Source: an uncultured virus (IMG/VR IMGVR_UViG_3300005460_000001) (lineage: Duplodnaviria; Heunggongvirae; Uroviricota; Caudoviricetes). From it: a stretch of DNA of 20,000 nucleotides. Both the position numbers and the translations under genes were made by a program. The notes under the pieces are model-generated. The model did not search any database. It was given only the letters and a program-made list of their open reading frames with translations, and was not told the DNA's origin. Positions 1-8,729 of the stretch are shown one piece after another (within the stretch, counting starts at the first letter, position 1; each line of letters begins with the position of its first letter). The DNA lies in IMG/VR virus record IMGVR_UViG_3300005460_000001, positions 109,476 through 129,475 of that record; one strand, 5' to 3'.

Positions 1-204
1 CTTACATATACTATTCCGATAGTAGATAGCACGCTTATAGGTGATCGAGTTGGTTATGTACCGTCTGCTATATTATTTGCAATCTCTACCAATGGAAAAA
101 GTATAACTCTTAATGAAGACTCATTTAAAGCGTGTGTATACACTCCAAATGGAATGATGAATTTATACATGGGTACAATAGAAAAAATATATGGAATAAA
201 ATAA
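1..204 (+). CDS. 3' end of a hypothetical protein (partial), possibly related to the small cassette proteins
   Basis: Frame +1 is open from base 1 to TAA 202-204 (LTYTIPIVDS...GTIEKIYGIK*). The C-terminus resembles VCKVIGYKK* of the 10355 gene. Confidence 0.7.
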   Translation, partial: LTYTIPIVDSTLIGDRVGYVPSAILFAISTNGKSITLNEDSFKACVYTPNGMMNLYMGTIEKIYGIK

Positions 205-228
205 ATAAAGCAAAGGAGAAACAAACCA

Positions 229-2340
229 ATGGCAAAAAATGCAATTAATATTGGACGCGGCCCAAAATCAGCAATTGAAGCAGCTATTACTTCTAAAAAG
301 TTGGGGCCATTAGACTTTGTCGTTACTAAAGAGGAGGACGGAACTGGTGGAGAACTTGTGCTTGTAGATGAAGATTCATCTCAAGTATTAGTAACACCGA
401 GAACACAAAACGATATCCAAGTTACTGGAGAGATCGGTGCTGGATTAAAACAGGCAAAGACACTTCCGGCCGGCGCAACCCTTGATGATTTTGCGGCAGC
501 ATTGCTAGAAAACCCTGTTGGAACAAAGGTTACACTAACCCCTAACACAGATTCAGACTATAAAATATATGGCGATGGCCTTGACCGTTCTTACATAAAG
601 ACAGTTTATATAAAATCTAGTGGATCAACAGATCTTGGCGATGTAGATTTTCAAATAGACTCAAATGTAGATGAGATAGCGAATGGTACTGTTTGTCTTG
701 ATCACAGTGCTAATATTCGTAATTTTAATTCAGATACTAAAGAATGGGATCAGCATGGTATTACGCCAGGTAATACATATGTTCCTAACAGACTTGGTTT
801 ACATGTTATTTATGCTATATTCAGCAGCATTGACGGTGTAAAAAATTTAAAATCAAACAAATTATATATCGAGTTGAAGTTCCCAGAAGTATTTGATGAT
901 TATACAGCAGTTGAATCTTTAGCTGCATCACATCCAGATATGTATGCTGGGCAAACTGTTAAGGTTAAAAATGCTGACGGTACTATTAGTGTTTATACCC
1001 TTGAAGAATCTAGCGAAGAAGGAAAGAACTTCAAATTAGTTGCTATGGCTACTGCAAGTGGAGCAGATGGCGTGAAGACAATCACAGCTTCAGAAAAAGG
1101 TTCTAACCGTGTAGTTGTGCAGCGTACAGAAGGTAGTGAAACTAAATCTAGCGTGATTGCTATTCCTGGTGCTGTATATGATCCGGACTTTAATAATGAA
1201 ACTGGGGCTCTTACGTTTAAGAAAGCTACAGACGCTGCGCATGAAGAAGGTACCGACGATGAGACAGTAACAATTGATCTCTCTTCTCTTAAGGATGATC
1301 ATAATGCTGTAACTAGGGTGGCTTATCCAACCAAGACGGAAGGAGAAAACGCTATAACTGATACTAAAGGACTTGAAGTTGTTACTCATACCGCGGGGCA
1401 AACCCCGGATGTTAAACAGCTGATTCCTATTGGAACAGTAGAAGGAGTTACGCTGTCTGATACAGCAGAGGTTCCTACTTTAGTGACGCATAAGAATAAA
1501 GTTACCGAAGATGGAACCGGATTCGAGGAGTCTTCTGAGAGTATAGCACTTGCAGGGATAGCATTTGGTCCTACATTTGATCAGAATACCGGCACATTTA
1601 CTGTAGATTTTACGAATAATGCTGGAGAGAAGCAAACAATTGAGCTGAAAATAAAAGAAATTACCAAGACGGTAATTCCGACCGGAGGCGTATCTAATCC
1701 GTCTTATGATGCTGAGACAAGAACTATTACTCTTCCGGTGCAGAAAGAAGACGGCACTGCAGAAAATCTTATAATTGCCCTTGGCAAAGATCTTGTTGTC
1801 AGTAGCGGTAGATATGATACAACTACACAGGAAATCGTTCTTGTTCTGAATAATGATTCTGAAGTAAAGATTCCTGCTGCAGCCCTTGTAGATGTATATA
1901 CCGGAAAAGAGACAACCACTGCAAAGGTTACTGTAAGTCAGACCAATGAGATATCAGTAAATGTCAAGGTTGCTACAAGAGAGGGCGGAAACCTTCTTAA
2001 AGTAGATGCTACCGAGGGAGAAGGTGCTGGTGGTCTCTATGTAGATCCAGCAGATTTTGCTACAGATGAGAAGACCATAGAGTCTATTACTCAGATTGTA
2101 ACTGAAAGAGTGGTAGGAGAAATGATGGGACCGGTTGATCCAGACCCGGAAAATCCCGATGCCCCGACAGAGCAGCCGGTCAAGGTTAAAGACTATGTAG
2201 ACAATAGCATTAACGATGCTACTGGTTTGGAAGGCGTAACAAACGAGGATGGCTCTCAAATGAACGTTAAAGATTACGTAGATTCTCAAACCCTTACGGT
2301 AACAAGTAAATTTGTTAACTTTGGGGGGGGGGGTCAGTAA
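229..2340 (+). CDS. Large acidic virion fibre/structural protein with internal repeats and a G11 tract at its 3' end
   Basis: 703-aa ORF with SD AAAGGAG. Repeats PDFNNETGALTF / PTFDQNTGTFTV / PSYDAETRTITL / RYDTTTQEIVL and two VKDYVD motifs, typical of phage fibres. Confidence 0.6.
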   Translation: MAKNAINIGRGPKSAIEAAITSKKLGPLDFVVTKEEDGTGGELVLVDEDSSQVLVTPRTQNDIQVTGEIGAGLKQAKTLPAGATLDDFAAALLENPVGTKVTLTPNTDSDYKIYGDGLDRSYIKTVYIKSSGSTDLGDVDFQIDSNVDEIANGTVCLDHSANIRNFNSDTKEWDQHGITPGNTYVPNRLGLHVIYAIFSSIDGVKNLKSNKLYIELKFPEVFDDYTAVESLAASHPDMYAGQTVKVKNADGTISVYTLEESSEEGKNFKLVAMATASGADGVKTITASEKGSNRVVVQRTEGSETKSSVIAIPGAVYDPDFNNETGALTFKKATDAAHEEGTDDETVTIDLSSLKDDHNAVTRVAYPTKTEGENAITDTKGLEVVTHTAGQTPDVKQLIPIGTVEGVTLSDTAEVPTLVTHKNKVTEDGTGFEESSESIALAGIAFGPTFDQNTGTFTVDFTNNAGEKQTIELKIKEITKTVIPTGGVSNPSYDAETRTITLPVQKEDGTAENLIIALGKDLVVSSGRYDTTTQEIVLVLNNDSEVKIPAAALVDVYTGKETTTAKVTVSQTNEISVNVKVATREGGNLLKVDATEGEGAGGLYVDPADFATDEKTIESITQIVTERVVGEMMGPVDPDPENPDAPTEQPVKVKDYVDNSINDATGLEGVTNEDGSQMNVKDYVDSQTLTVTSKFVNFGGGGQ
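2323..2333 (+). repeat. G11 homopolymer
   Basis: TTT-G11-TCAGTAA read directly. Confidence 0.95.
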
Positions 2341-2420
2341 CTAATCCTGACCCGTTGCCACCAGAGAATTGGTACGGCTAAAGTAAAACCATTTCATTTA
2401 TAGAACTATAAAATAATAAT

Positions 2421-2461
2421 GCTCAGTGGTTCGGTTCTGAGCCACTGAGTTTTAAATTTTT
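2421..2461 (+). terminator. Intrinsic terminator
   Basis: Stem GCTCAGTGGTTC / GAGCCACTGAGT (with G-U pairs) followed by TTTAAATTTTT. Confidence 0.75.
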
Positions 2462-2481
2462 GAAAACGAGGTGAAAATCAA

Positions 2482-3645
2482 ATGAGTACAACAAATAAGG
2501 AACTCATGATACCAATTATTGGAACTGTACCTAGCGCTAATATAGATAAAGTCCCAATAAATGAAGAGGATAAAGTCATTTACACTTCAGACACCGGAGA
2601 GCAGTTTGTAGATATCAATGGAGTAAGAACCAAGATAAGCGATGTTAAGGTATGCGTTTATACCGGAGTCGATGCATTTTTATCAGAGTTAACAGACAAA
2701 GATAACAAGAAGCTATTAGTTGCTTGTCATACATTAGTAGACGAAATCGAAACCGCTGAGCTTTTTATTTACGATCGACACGATGAATTGGATTTGGATG
2801 CTATATTTAATGTGCTCCAACTGATTCCTATAAAGAAAACTAATTATACCAGAGTCAATAAATCGGCATTTATCACTTCTCCAGAGTATAATACTTTTAT
2901 TCCTGTTGTATTGGAACTGAACAATGAAAAAGCAGAGGTATTATTAGATTTATCTACTGATTCGGTCAGTTATATACTCAAAATTAATAATGATAAATGT
3001 ATTTCAGATAAGGCTTTACCTGAAAACTTTCACATTTATAAATCCGATAGGAGAATGTTTTTATGCATCAAACAAACGAGTCAACCGTCCGGTATATCCG
3101 CTAAACTGATAAGTGAAACCGATAGCTGCACTTACTTTGTAGATAAGCATTGGTCAGAAACAAACGCCCCCGATTTGTCTACGTATACAGAAGTTACAGT
3201 AGAAGTAACTACAAATCTCCCCACCGTAGAAGATGTTGTAGGTCCTAAGGTATTAGCATGTGGAACTGCAATTATACAACCATTTTTCGATAGCGGTGCG
3301 TGGGACCCGTTAACTGTAGAGTTATGTACTATTCCTGTTAAATTTGCTGGTAGTAATACTGTCGAAATCTCTAACTATATTGGAAATCTGTGTATAACAG
3401 CCACCGCAAGAGCTTCATGTGGATATGGCGATAGACCAAAAGCTACTCCGAATTATATATCAAACGTTATCATACCGGTGATTATAACCAATAGTAATCC
3501 GGCAAACGACAGCGTAACTTTCTATGGAACAATAGATCTTCCAACAATAGATTCATTTACAGAAGAAGCATTAGATTTGGCTATTAGCATAAGTTATATG
3601 GTAGTAGAAAAAGAAAAGTTAGGTAGTAACAGTCTTGTTCAATGA
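2482..3645 (+). CDS. Hypothetical, probably structural, protein
   Basis: 387-aa ORF with SD GAGGTG. N-terminal IYTSDTGEQFVDINGVRTKISD resembles phage fibre N-terminal modules. Confidence 0.6.
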   Translation: MSTTNKELMIPIIGTVPSANIDKVPINEEDKVIYTSDTGEQFVDINGVRTKISDVKVCVYTGVDAFLSELTDKDNKKLLVACHTLVDEIETAELFIYDRHDELDLDAIFNVLQLIPIKKTNYTRVNKSAFITSPEYNTFIPVVLELNNEKAEVLLDLSTDSVSYILKINNDKCISDKALPENFHIYKSDRRMFLCIKQTSQPSGISAKLISETDSCTYFVDKHWSETNAPDLSTYTEVTVEVTTNLPTVEDVVGPKVLACGTAIIQPFFDSGAWDPLTVELCTIPVKFAGSNTVEISNYIGNLCITATARASCGYGDRPKATPNYISNVIIPVIITNSNPANDSVTFYGTIDLPTIDSFTEEALDLAISISYMVVEKEKLGSNSLVQ

Positions 3646-3659
3646 AATAATATGCTCAA

Positions 3660-3671
3660 AACATGCATATA
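3660..3671 (+). promoter_or_regulatory. Putative phage late promoter AACA-N6-TA
   Basis: AACA-TGCATA-TA, intergenic, 29 nt before ATG 3700. Same motif at three other gene starts. Confidence 0.55.
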
Positions 3672-3699
3672 ATGTATTCATGGAAAGGAGACCACTACA

Positions 3700-3873
3700 A
3701 TGCAGTCATTAGACATTAAGCTTGTAAATAGTTTAAGAACAAATATCGAAGAATCTGTTGCAGATGATGATATCGGTAGTCACATTGATTATCTTGCAGA
3801 ATTAGCAACGGATAAAGATATTTTGGAAGGTAATTATGAAACGGAAGGAGACGATAACAATGAATCTGAATAA
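3700..3873 (+). CDS. Small acidic protein (57 aa), absent from the ORF track
   Basis: SD GAAAGGAG then ATG 3700. MQSLDIKLVNSLRTNIEESVADDDIGSHIDYLAELATDKDILEGNYETEGDDNNESE*. Overlaps the next start. Confidence 0.8.
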   Translation: MQSLDIKLVNSLRTNIEESVADDDIGSHIDYLAELATDKDILEGNYETEGDDNNESE

Positions 3874-4198
3874 TAGTGAATTAAAGGCAATAAATTCCGA
3901 TTTTGATGAAGTCGATATGACTATCAGAACAGATCAAAGATTCGATGAAGCTATAGCTGCTGCAGATGCTGGGGAGTATGATCTTGCAGATTCTTTAGTT
4001 AGAAAAATGGCAGAAAACGGAACCATTAATCTTACTGAGGATAGTGAAGCCATAGAGTACAACCCAGAAGATGACGATGCTATGTGTCCAGAGGATTGCA
4101 TGGCTGAAGATATAAGAGAATTAGCATCCGAAAATGACTATGACGATGAGGACGGAGAGCTTATCGATTCGGTGATGGGAGACGATTATTATGAGTAA
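3860..4198 (+). CDS. Highly acidic hypothetical protein (112 aa)
   Basis: Start moved to ATG 3860 because SD AAGGAG lies at 3845-3850. Very D/E rich. Confidence 0.75.
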   Translation: MNLNNSELKAINSDFDEVDMTIRTDQRFDEAIAAADAGEYDLADSLVRKMAENGTINLTEDSEAIEYNPEDDDAMCPEDCMAEDIRELASENDYDDEDGELIDSVMGDDYYE

Positions 4199-4284
4199 AG
4201 GAATGTTAACTGCCCCTGGGGGGGGGGGTAAGAAATAATTATATAGATACTATTCCTCCATTTGAGAGGAGGGATAAATCATGA
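4191..4284 (+). other. Orphan MSKG leader mini-ORF containing G11 (4218-4228)
   Basis: GGGAG SD, then MSKGMLTAPGGGGKK*. With G10 it would read to TGA 4282-4284, overlapping ATG 4281. Confidence 0.55.
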
Positions 4285-4751
4285 GTATTGGAAATTTATC
4301 TATACCCTGTAAGTTACCTACTGTAAGCAGTGAATATGGTTTAAATGTAACTCTTTCCGGTAGTAATTTAGGAAATATGGAACAATCAAGCGCTTTTGTG
4401 CATCAAATACTCGTAGATAGCAAAAAAGCATTTTCAAAATACTTAGTATCTGTTAGTGTGAGCATATTAAATAGCTCCGATGCAAAGGTATCAACTTATG
4501 ATGCTTCCGCTTCATGCATTCTTGATGGCATCAAAAGTGAATCAAAAGTTAAGATGGATCTATATCAATATAGTACTAAAATCGCATCATCCACTGTAAA
4601 TTTTTTACTGGGTCAAGATTATTATAAAAGTAAGTATATATTAGGAATCGACTATTTTTCAGGAGAATTTGCATTGGATGCAACTCGCGATTTAAGTAGT
4701 GGAACATACAAATTCAAAGCGAAATTTGCAGCTGTTCCAATAAGCGATTAA
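4281..4751 (+). CDS. Small beta-rich hypothetical protein with cassette-like N-terminus (MSIGNL), in frame
   Basis: 156-aa ORF with SD AGGAGG. Confidence 0.75.
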   Translation: MSIGNLSIPCKLPTVSSEYGLNVTLSGSNLGNMEQSSAFVHQILVDSKKAFSKYLVSVSVSILNSSDAKVSTYDASASCILDGIKSESKVKMDLYQYSTKIASSTVNFLLGQDYYKSKYILGIDYFSGEFALDATRDLSSGTYKFKAKFAAVPISD

Positions 4752-4775
4752 TGAAATCCAGGAGGAATATCAAAA

Positions 4776-5438
4776 ATGATAGTAACAATAAAACCAAGAG
4801 GATGCTCCATTGTAGGAGTATTACCAAAAAATAAACCCATAAATGGTGAAATGACTCTTGATCTGAACGAAAGAGAAATAAACTATTGTATGGATAAAGC
4901 CGACGTTTTTGATGAAAATGGAGTTCTATTGACGTCTAAAGTCGTAGAAAAATACGATGGGGCATCGCACACCATAACCAAATCATCAACAACAAATAAG
5001 CTTAATCAACAGGTTGAATCTTTTGATCGAGAACCGATTGAACCGCCATATGAGCCATTACCGCGAGTTTCTAATATTGTTCTATGCATAAATCCAGTAG
5101 AATATACAGATCCAAGCGAATCTGGTAGAAATACTGTATTTATAGAATACGACCCTAAGAACGATGGTAATATCAACAGTTCGCTTTATGGAATCCTATC
5201 TGCTAAAGGCAGAGATGCAACTTTTCAGCTGTGTAACCCGAATACATTCGTGTTAGGGAAGAAATTCGGTTCCAAGTTTGCTGATTTTGTAGCAGATGGG
5301 AAAATGGAATGGGCAGTTGAGGTGATTCCAAGCAATTCATCGATTGAAAATGTAACTTTATCTGTACAAATAAAGCGTAAAGATACGAATAAAGTAGTTG
5401 CATCTGATGAATTGGTTATGCATATTAACAAAAAATAA
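4776..5438 (+). CDS. Hypothetical protein
   Basis: 220-aa ORF with SD AGGAGG, followed by a terminator hairpin. Confidence 0.75.
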   Translation: MIVTIKPRGCSIVGVLPKNKPINGEMTLDLNEREINYCMDKADVFDENGVLLTSKVVEKYDGASHTITKSSTTNKLNQQVESFDREPIEPPYEPLPRVSNIVLCINPVEYTDPSESGRNTVFIEYDPKNDGNINSSLYGILSAKGRDATFQLCNPNTFVLGKKFGSKFADFVADGKMEWAVEVIPSNSSIENVTLSVQIKRKDTNKVVASDELVMHINKK

Positions 5439-5444
5439 AGACTC

Positions 5445-5474
5445 ACCCAGTAAGGTTTTCATGCCTTACTGGGT
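5445..5474. terminator. Intrinsic terminator, possibly bidirectional
   Basis: 11-bp stem ACCCAGTAAGG / CCTTACTGGGT with T-rich downstream and A-rich upstream flanks. Confidence 0.8.
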
Positions 5475-5542
5475 ATTCTTCTTTGTATTTCTCTTTATGA
5501 GGGAAGTTGATGGATTATCCATTTATAATGTAAAATGACTAC

Positions 5543-5587
5543 TTAGTCGTCAATAACTAATGTCAATAATTCATCATCTTCCTGCAT
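5543..5587 (-). CDS. Putative 14-aa acidic peptide or gene remnant
   Basis: Strong SD GGAAAGGAGG about 10 nt upstream of ATG. MQEDDELLTLVIDD*. Confidence 0.3.
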   Translation of the reverse strand: MQEDDELLTLVIDD

Positions 5588-5682
5588 GTGGCATTGACCT
5601 CCTTTCCTCTTATATTCTCTCTATGAGATAATATTATTCTAATTCATAGTCATAATATATAATCAAGAAAATGCAAACTCAC

Positions 5683-5713
5683 AAAAACGCCCCTACACCC
5701 AACTGGGTGTAGG
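5683..5713 (-). terminator. Intrinsic terminator of the minus-strand block
   Basis: Stem CCTACACCC / GGGTGTAGG with a T-run on the minus strand, just after the stop at 5726. Confidence 0.8.
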
Positions 5714-5725
5714 AGAATCATTTTA

Positions 5726-6856
5726 TTATGATATAACGTTTAATCTTGTTACTTGTAAAGTACAATGATTTTCAATATTGACATCGTTGATATCTGAAAA
5801 TCTCGCTTTAAGATACAGCTTATCAGTAGGAGTTAACTCCATTTGAACCATACCGCTTAAAAACCCAAGAGGGTATTCCTTATTATCCGGATTAAGGTAT
5901 ATTGTGGTAGTGGTTTCCTCGATGCGGTCATCGTTTAGGAAAGCAGACATAACCATTTTTGCCGGGTTCCCAGCATGTATATCCATATTCACTTTTAGAG
6001 ATACAATATAATTTCCGGCCTCTTTTACTTGAAGATAGCCATCTCTATTTATGTCCAATATACCAAATGAATTACCCACTTCAACATACTGAAACTCTTT
6101 GGGTTTTATAATTTCATCCACATTCACTTCAGTTGGGCTAAACAGATCATCGTATATTACAGTAAGAAATGCATAAGCAGGAATGCTTTTCTCTACATCT
6201 CTATCTAAGTCTTTTAGCTTATCTATTACTGTATTATTGATGTTTTTCCCGCGTGTTATAATAGCCCCAAGGCTCTCCAATAAATTATACATATTTACGT
6301 CATATACAATACTTTCTGTATCCAAGTAATATGACTCATAAGAGGTTTCTACAAACTTCCCAGGTATATTATTTGGAATACTATTGAATGCTATAGATTT
6401 TAACACTTTCACATCCATTGATTCATAGTTTTCAGATTCTACCCATATTCCTCCAACATTAACTACAGATCCGTTTTCTACTATAGTTTGCATACTAACT
6501 ATAATATTCGGGTTGGTATCGTATTCAGATAGTGGTATACACTTACATCTAGTATCTGCTATTTTCAGTATACCCTCAGAAATGATACCTTCTACATTTA
6601 CAATAGCAGAAGATATAGTTTGTTTATCTTTTCCATATGCAGTAAGAACAAAACATTCTTGGAAAGGATATCGAAGAGTATTGTCGTTGCTCATTCTAAT
6701 CTCAACAAGTCTGGTATAAAGATATTTATCCTTATTTTCTATGAAATGATCAGGATATGATAATCCGGAAATATTATCTTTCCCTGTATTAAAGTACCAT
6801 AACTCTCCTTTATCATCCGTATAATTAGCATTATGAATTGTTACTTCTTGTGCCAT
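5726..6856 (-). CDS. Virion protein with putative C-terminal C1q/BclA-like domain
   Basis: 376 aa. GYLQVKEAGNYIVSLKV ... MELTPTDKLYL fits the gC1q/BclA_C pattern. Confidence 0.6.
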   Translation of the reverse strand: MAQEVTIHNANYTDDKGELWYFNTGKDNISGLSYPDHFIENKDKYLYTRLVEIRMSNDNTLRYPFQECFVLTAYGKDKQTISSAIVNVEGIISEGILKIADTRCKCIPLSEYDTNPNIIVSMQTIVENGSVVNVGGIWVESENYESMDVKVLKSIAFNSIPNNIPGKFVETSYESYYLDTESIVYDVNMYNLLESLGAIITRGKNINNTVIDKLKDLDRDVEKSIPAYAFLTVIYDDLFSPTEVNVDEIIKPKEFQYVEVGNSFGILDINRDGYLQVKEAGNYIVSLKVNMDIHAGNPAKMVMSAFLNDDRIEETTTTIYLNPDNKEYPLGFLSGMVQMELTPTDKLYLKARFSDINDVNIENHCTLQVTRLNVIS

Positions 6857-8248
6857 TTATGGAGTCACCCCCGTTCTTATATTCCCTTTAAGTTCCCATA
6901 CATTTGAATTTGTCTTTTGATAGATATTTCCTTCTGCAATGTCTATAGATATGTCAAACTTACCTCCCATTGTTGGAGAAGGTAATCCATTAAAAAACAT
7001 AACCGATGTGTTTGTTGGAACCCATATTCTATTGCCCATATATTTATAATAAGTATTAATATCAGTAACGAATGTGATTAGTCCCACATACGGCTGTTTA
7101 ATGTAAGCAAGATCATCATAGTTATCTACGGTGAATCTGGAATCCACAGGGGATGTAGTAAGCACATCAAACCCAGTAAACACCTCAGACTGTTCTCCTT
7201 CAGAAGTTAAGTCATGCCAATCAAGGTCATATGCAAAAGTATAAGTTATATCACGAAGATATCTTACTTTAGCTTTTGTATCTATGGGTTTTCTAGCTAC
7301 ATATATCACATAACCTTCTTTATCCACATTATTATTTAATGTGTCTAATTTTACATAACTATTATGCCCGTAGAACTTAGTGATATCAACTCCATTTATG
7401 TCTTTAATACACATTAAAGAGTTCCATCTTAACGGAACCATAATAAACGGGCATAGTTGATCTTTATCTGCTACTATATCAAAAAATCCTTTCTGTTCCT
7501 GATTAATGGGAACCAGTCTCGTATCTACACGGTCTTTTAATTTAATAAGACCATTAAGATATGCATTTAGTTCTTCATTAGGTAAAGCTGGTTCTAATAA
7601 TCCATCTTTTGCGTATCCTACATAAATCGGAAGGATGAATTCATAAGTAATCTTATAAGAAGTTACTACGTTCTTATTATCAGAAACCTCAAAATAATAT
7701 ATAAGGTCATTATTACATCCAGGAATTCTAAATGAAACCGTGGTTTCTTTTCCAGGTTGTAATGAAAGGATTTTATTTTCCATGATATCAGTTTTATTAT
7801 TCTGAACACGAACAAAACTACATCTTGTAAGTTTTTCAGACCCAGCCTTTAATCTAAGTGTAAATGTATTTGCCTTGGTCATGGTTCCTTTTTGTTTGTA
7901 CACTATTATATCTGTATTGTCTTCAGATACATACTCTCCGAAATCTGGATCTGCAGATGTATTAAGAATCTGATTAATCTCTGGAGGATAATATGGATAA
8001 AGTACATTATTTACAAACTCATATAAGTCCGTATCTACAGATTCGCCCTCTGCAAATCCTAATTTAGACTTAATAATGGGATTCTCATTAATAAACCTAA
8101 CACAGTCAGCAGATGTTACTATATCCACATCAGAAACAACAGTTTCCTGACCAGTAGATGAATCAGTTTCTATAAACTGCACTCTATATGTGGGAAGCCC
8201 AGACGAACTAACCTTAAACTGCTCAGATGCCGCTACTCTTAATTCCAT
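6857..8248 (-). CDS. Putative tail/baseplate-associated structural protein
   Basis: 463 aa with SD GGAGGTGA. Fibre-type motifs VDSRFTV...YVGLITFV and GLPSPTMG...DIAEGNIYQKTNSNVW. Confidence 0.55.
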   Translation of the reverse strand: MELRVAASEQFKVSSSGLPTYRVQFIETDSSTGQETVVSDVDIVTSADCVRFINENPIIKSKLGFAEGESVDTDLYEFVNNVLYPYYPPEINQILNTSADPDFGEYVSEDNTDIIVYKQKGTMTKANTFTLRLKAGSEKLTRCSFVRVQNNKTDIMENKILSLQPGKETTVSFRIPGCNNDLIYYFEVSDNKNVVTSYKITYEFILPIYVGYAKDGLLEPALPNEELNAYLNGLIKLKDRVDTRLVPINQEQKGFFDIVADKDQLCPFIMVPLRWNSLMCIKDINGVDITKFYGHNSYVKLDTLNNNVDKEGYVIYVARKPIDTKAKVRYLRDITYTFAYDLDWHDLTSEGEQSEVFTGFDVLTTSPVDSRFTVDNYDDLAYIKQPYVGLITFVTDINTYYKYMGNRIWVPTNTSVMFFNGLPSPTMGGKFDISIDIAEGNIYQKTNSNVWELKGNIRTGVTP

Positions 8249-8262
8249 TTTTACTCACCTCC

Positions 8263-8634
8263 TTATACTCTCTTTAGCCCTAACTGTCTGCTTATACCAA
8301 CAGAAATGGGTAGATTTATCTGAGATCTAATAGATACTTGGTCACATTCCTCTATGTAAAAGTTTCCAGGAACTCTCCTATTTACAGGAATGGATTCACC
8401 TTTCGGTATTACTAATACATTCCCGCCTTCATTGCTGAATAAAGTCCCAACTGAACCTGGTACTACATTAATAACCGCGGCCATATATCCAGCAATAGTA
8501 TCTAATGTTACTCTTTTAGATTTTTCATTTTGTACTATGAGTAGATAATTTTTACCTTGAACTTTTCCTATCTCTTCAAGGTCATTTATATCCTTTACGT
8601 CTAATAAAGACTTTCCACTTAAATCATCAGCCAT
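8263..8634 (-). CDS. Small structural protein with shared fibre N-terminal module
   Basis: 123 aa with SD AAAGGAG. DINDLEE...NYLLIVQNEKSKRVTL. Confidence 0.65.
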   Translation of the reverse strand: MADDLSGKSLLDVKDINDLEEIGKVQGKNYLLIVQNEKSKRVTLDTIAGYMAAVINVVPGSVGTLFSNEGGNVLVIPKGESIPVNRRVPGNFYIEECDQVSIRSQINLPISVGISRQLGLKRV

Positions 8635-8661
8635 GACTCTAAACTCCTTTCTTGGGTTAAT

Positions 8662-8673
8662 TAATATGATGTT
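8662..8673 (-). promoter_or_regulatory. Putative phage late promoter AACA-N6-TA
   Basis: AAACATCATATTAATT (8659-8674) is identical to 16347-16362. It lies just downstream of a terminator and 28 nt before the ATG. Confidence 0.65.
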
Positions 8674-8691
8674 TCACCTATAACGACAAAG

Positions 8692-8718
8692 AAAACCGTA
8701 CAGCTTTATGCTGTACGG
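8692..8718 (-). terminator. Intrinsic terminator
   Basis: Stem CCGTACAGC / GCTGTACGG followed by TTTTCTTT on the minus strand. Confidence 0.8.
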
Positions 8719-8729
8719 CTATTCTTAAT

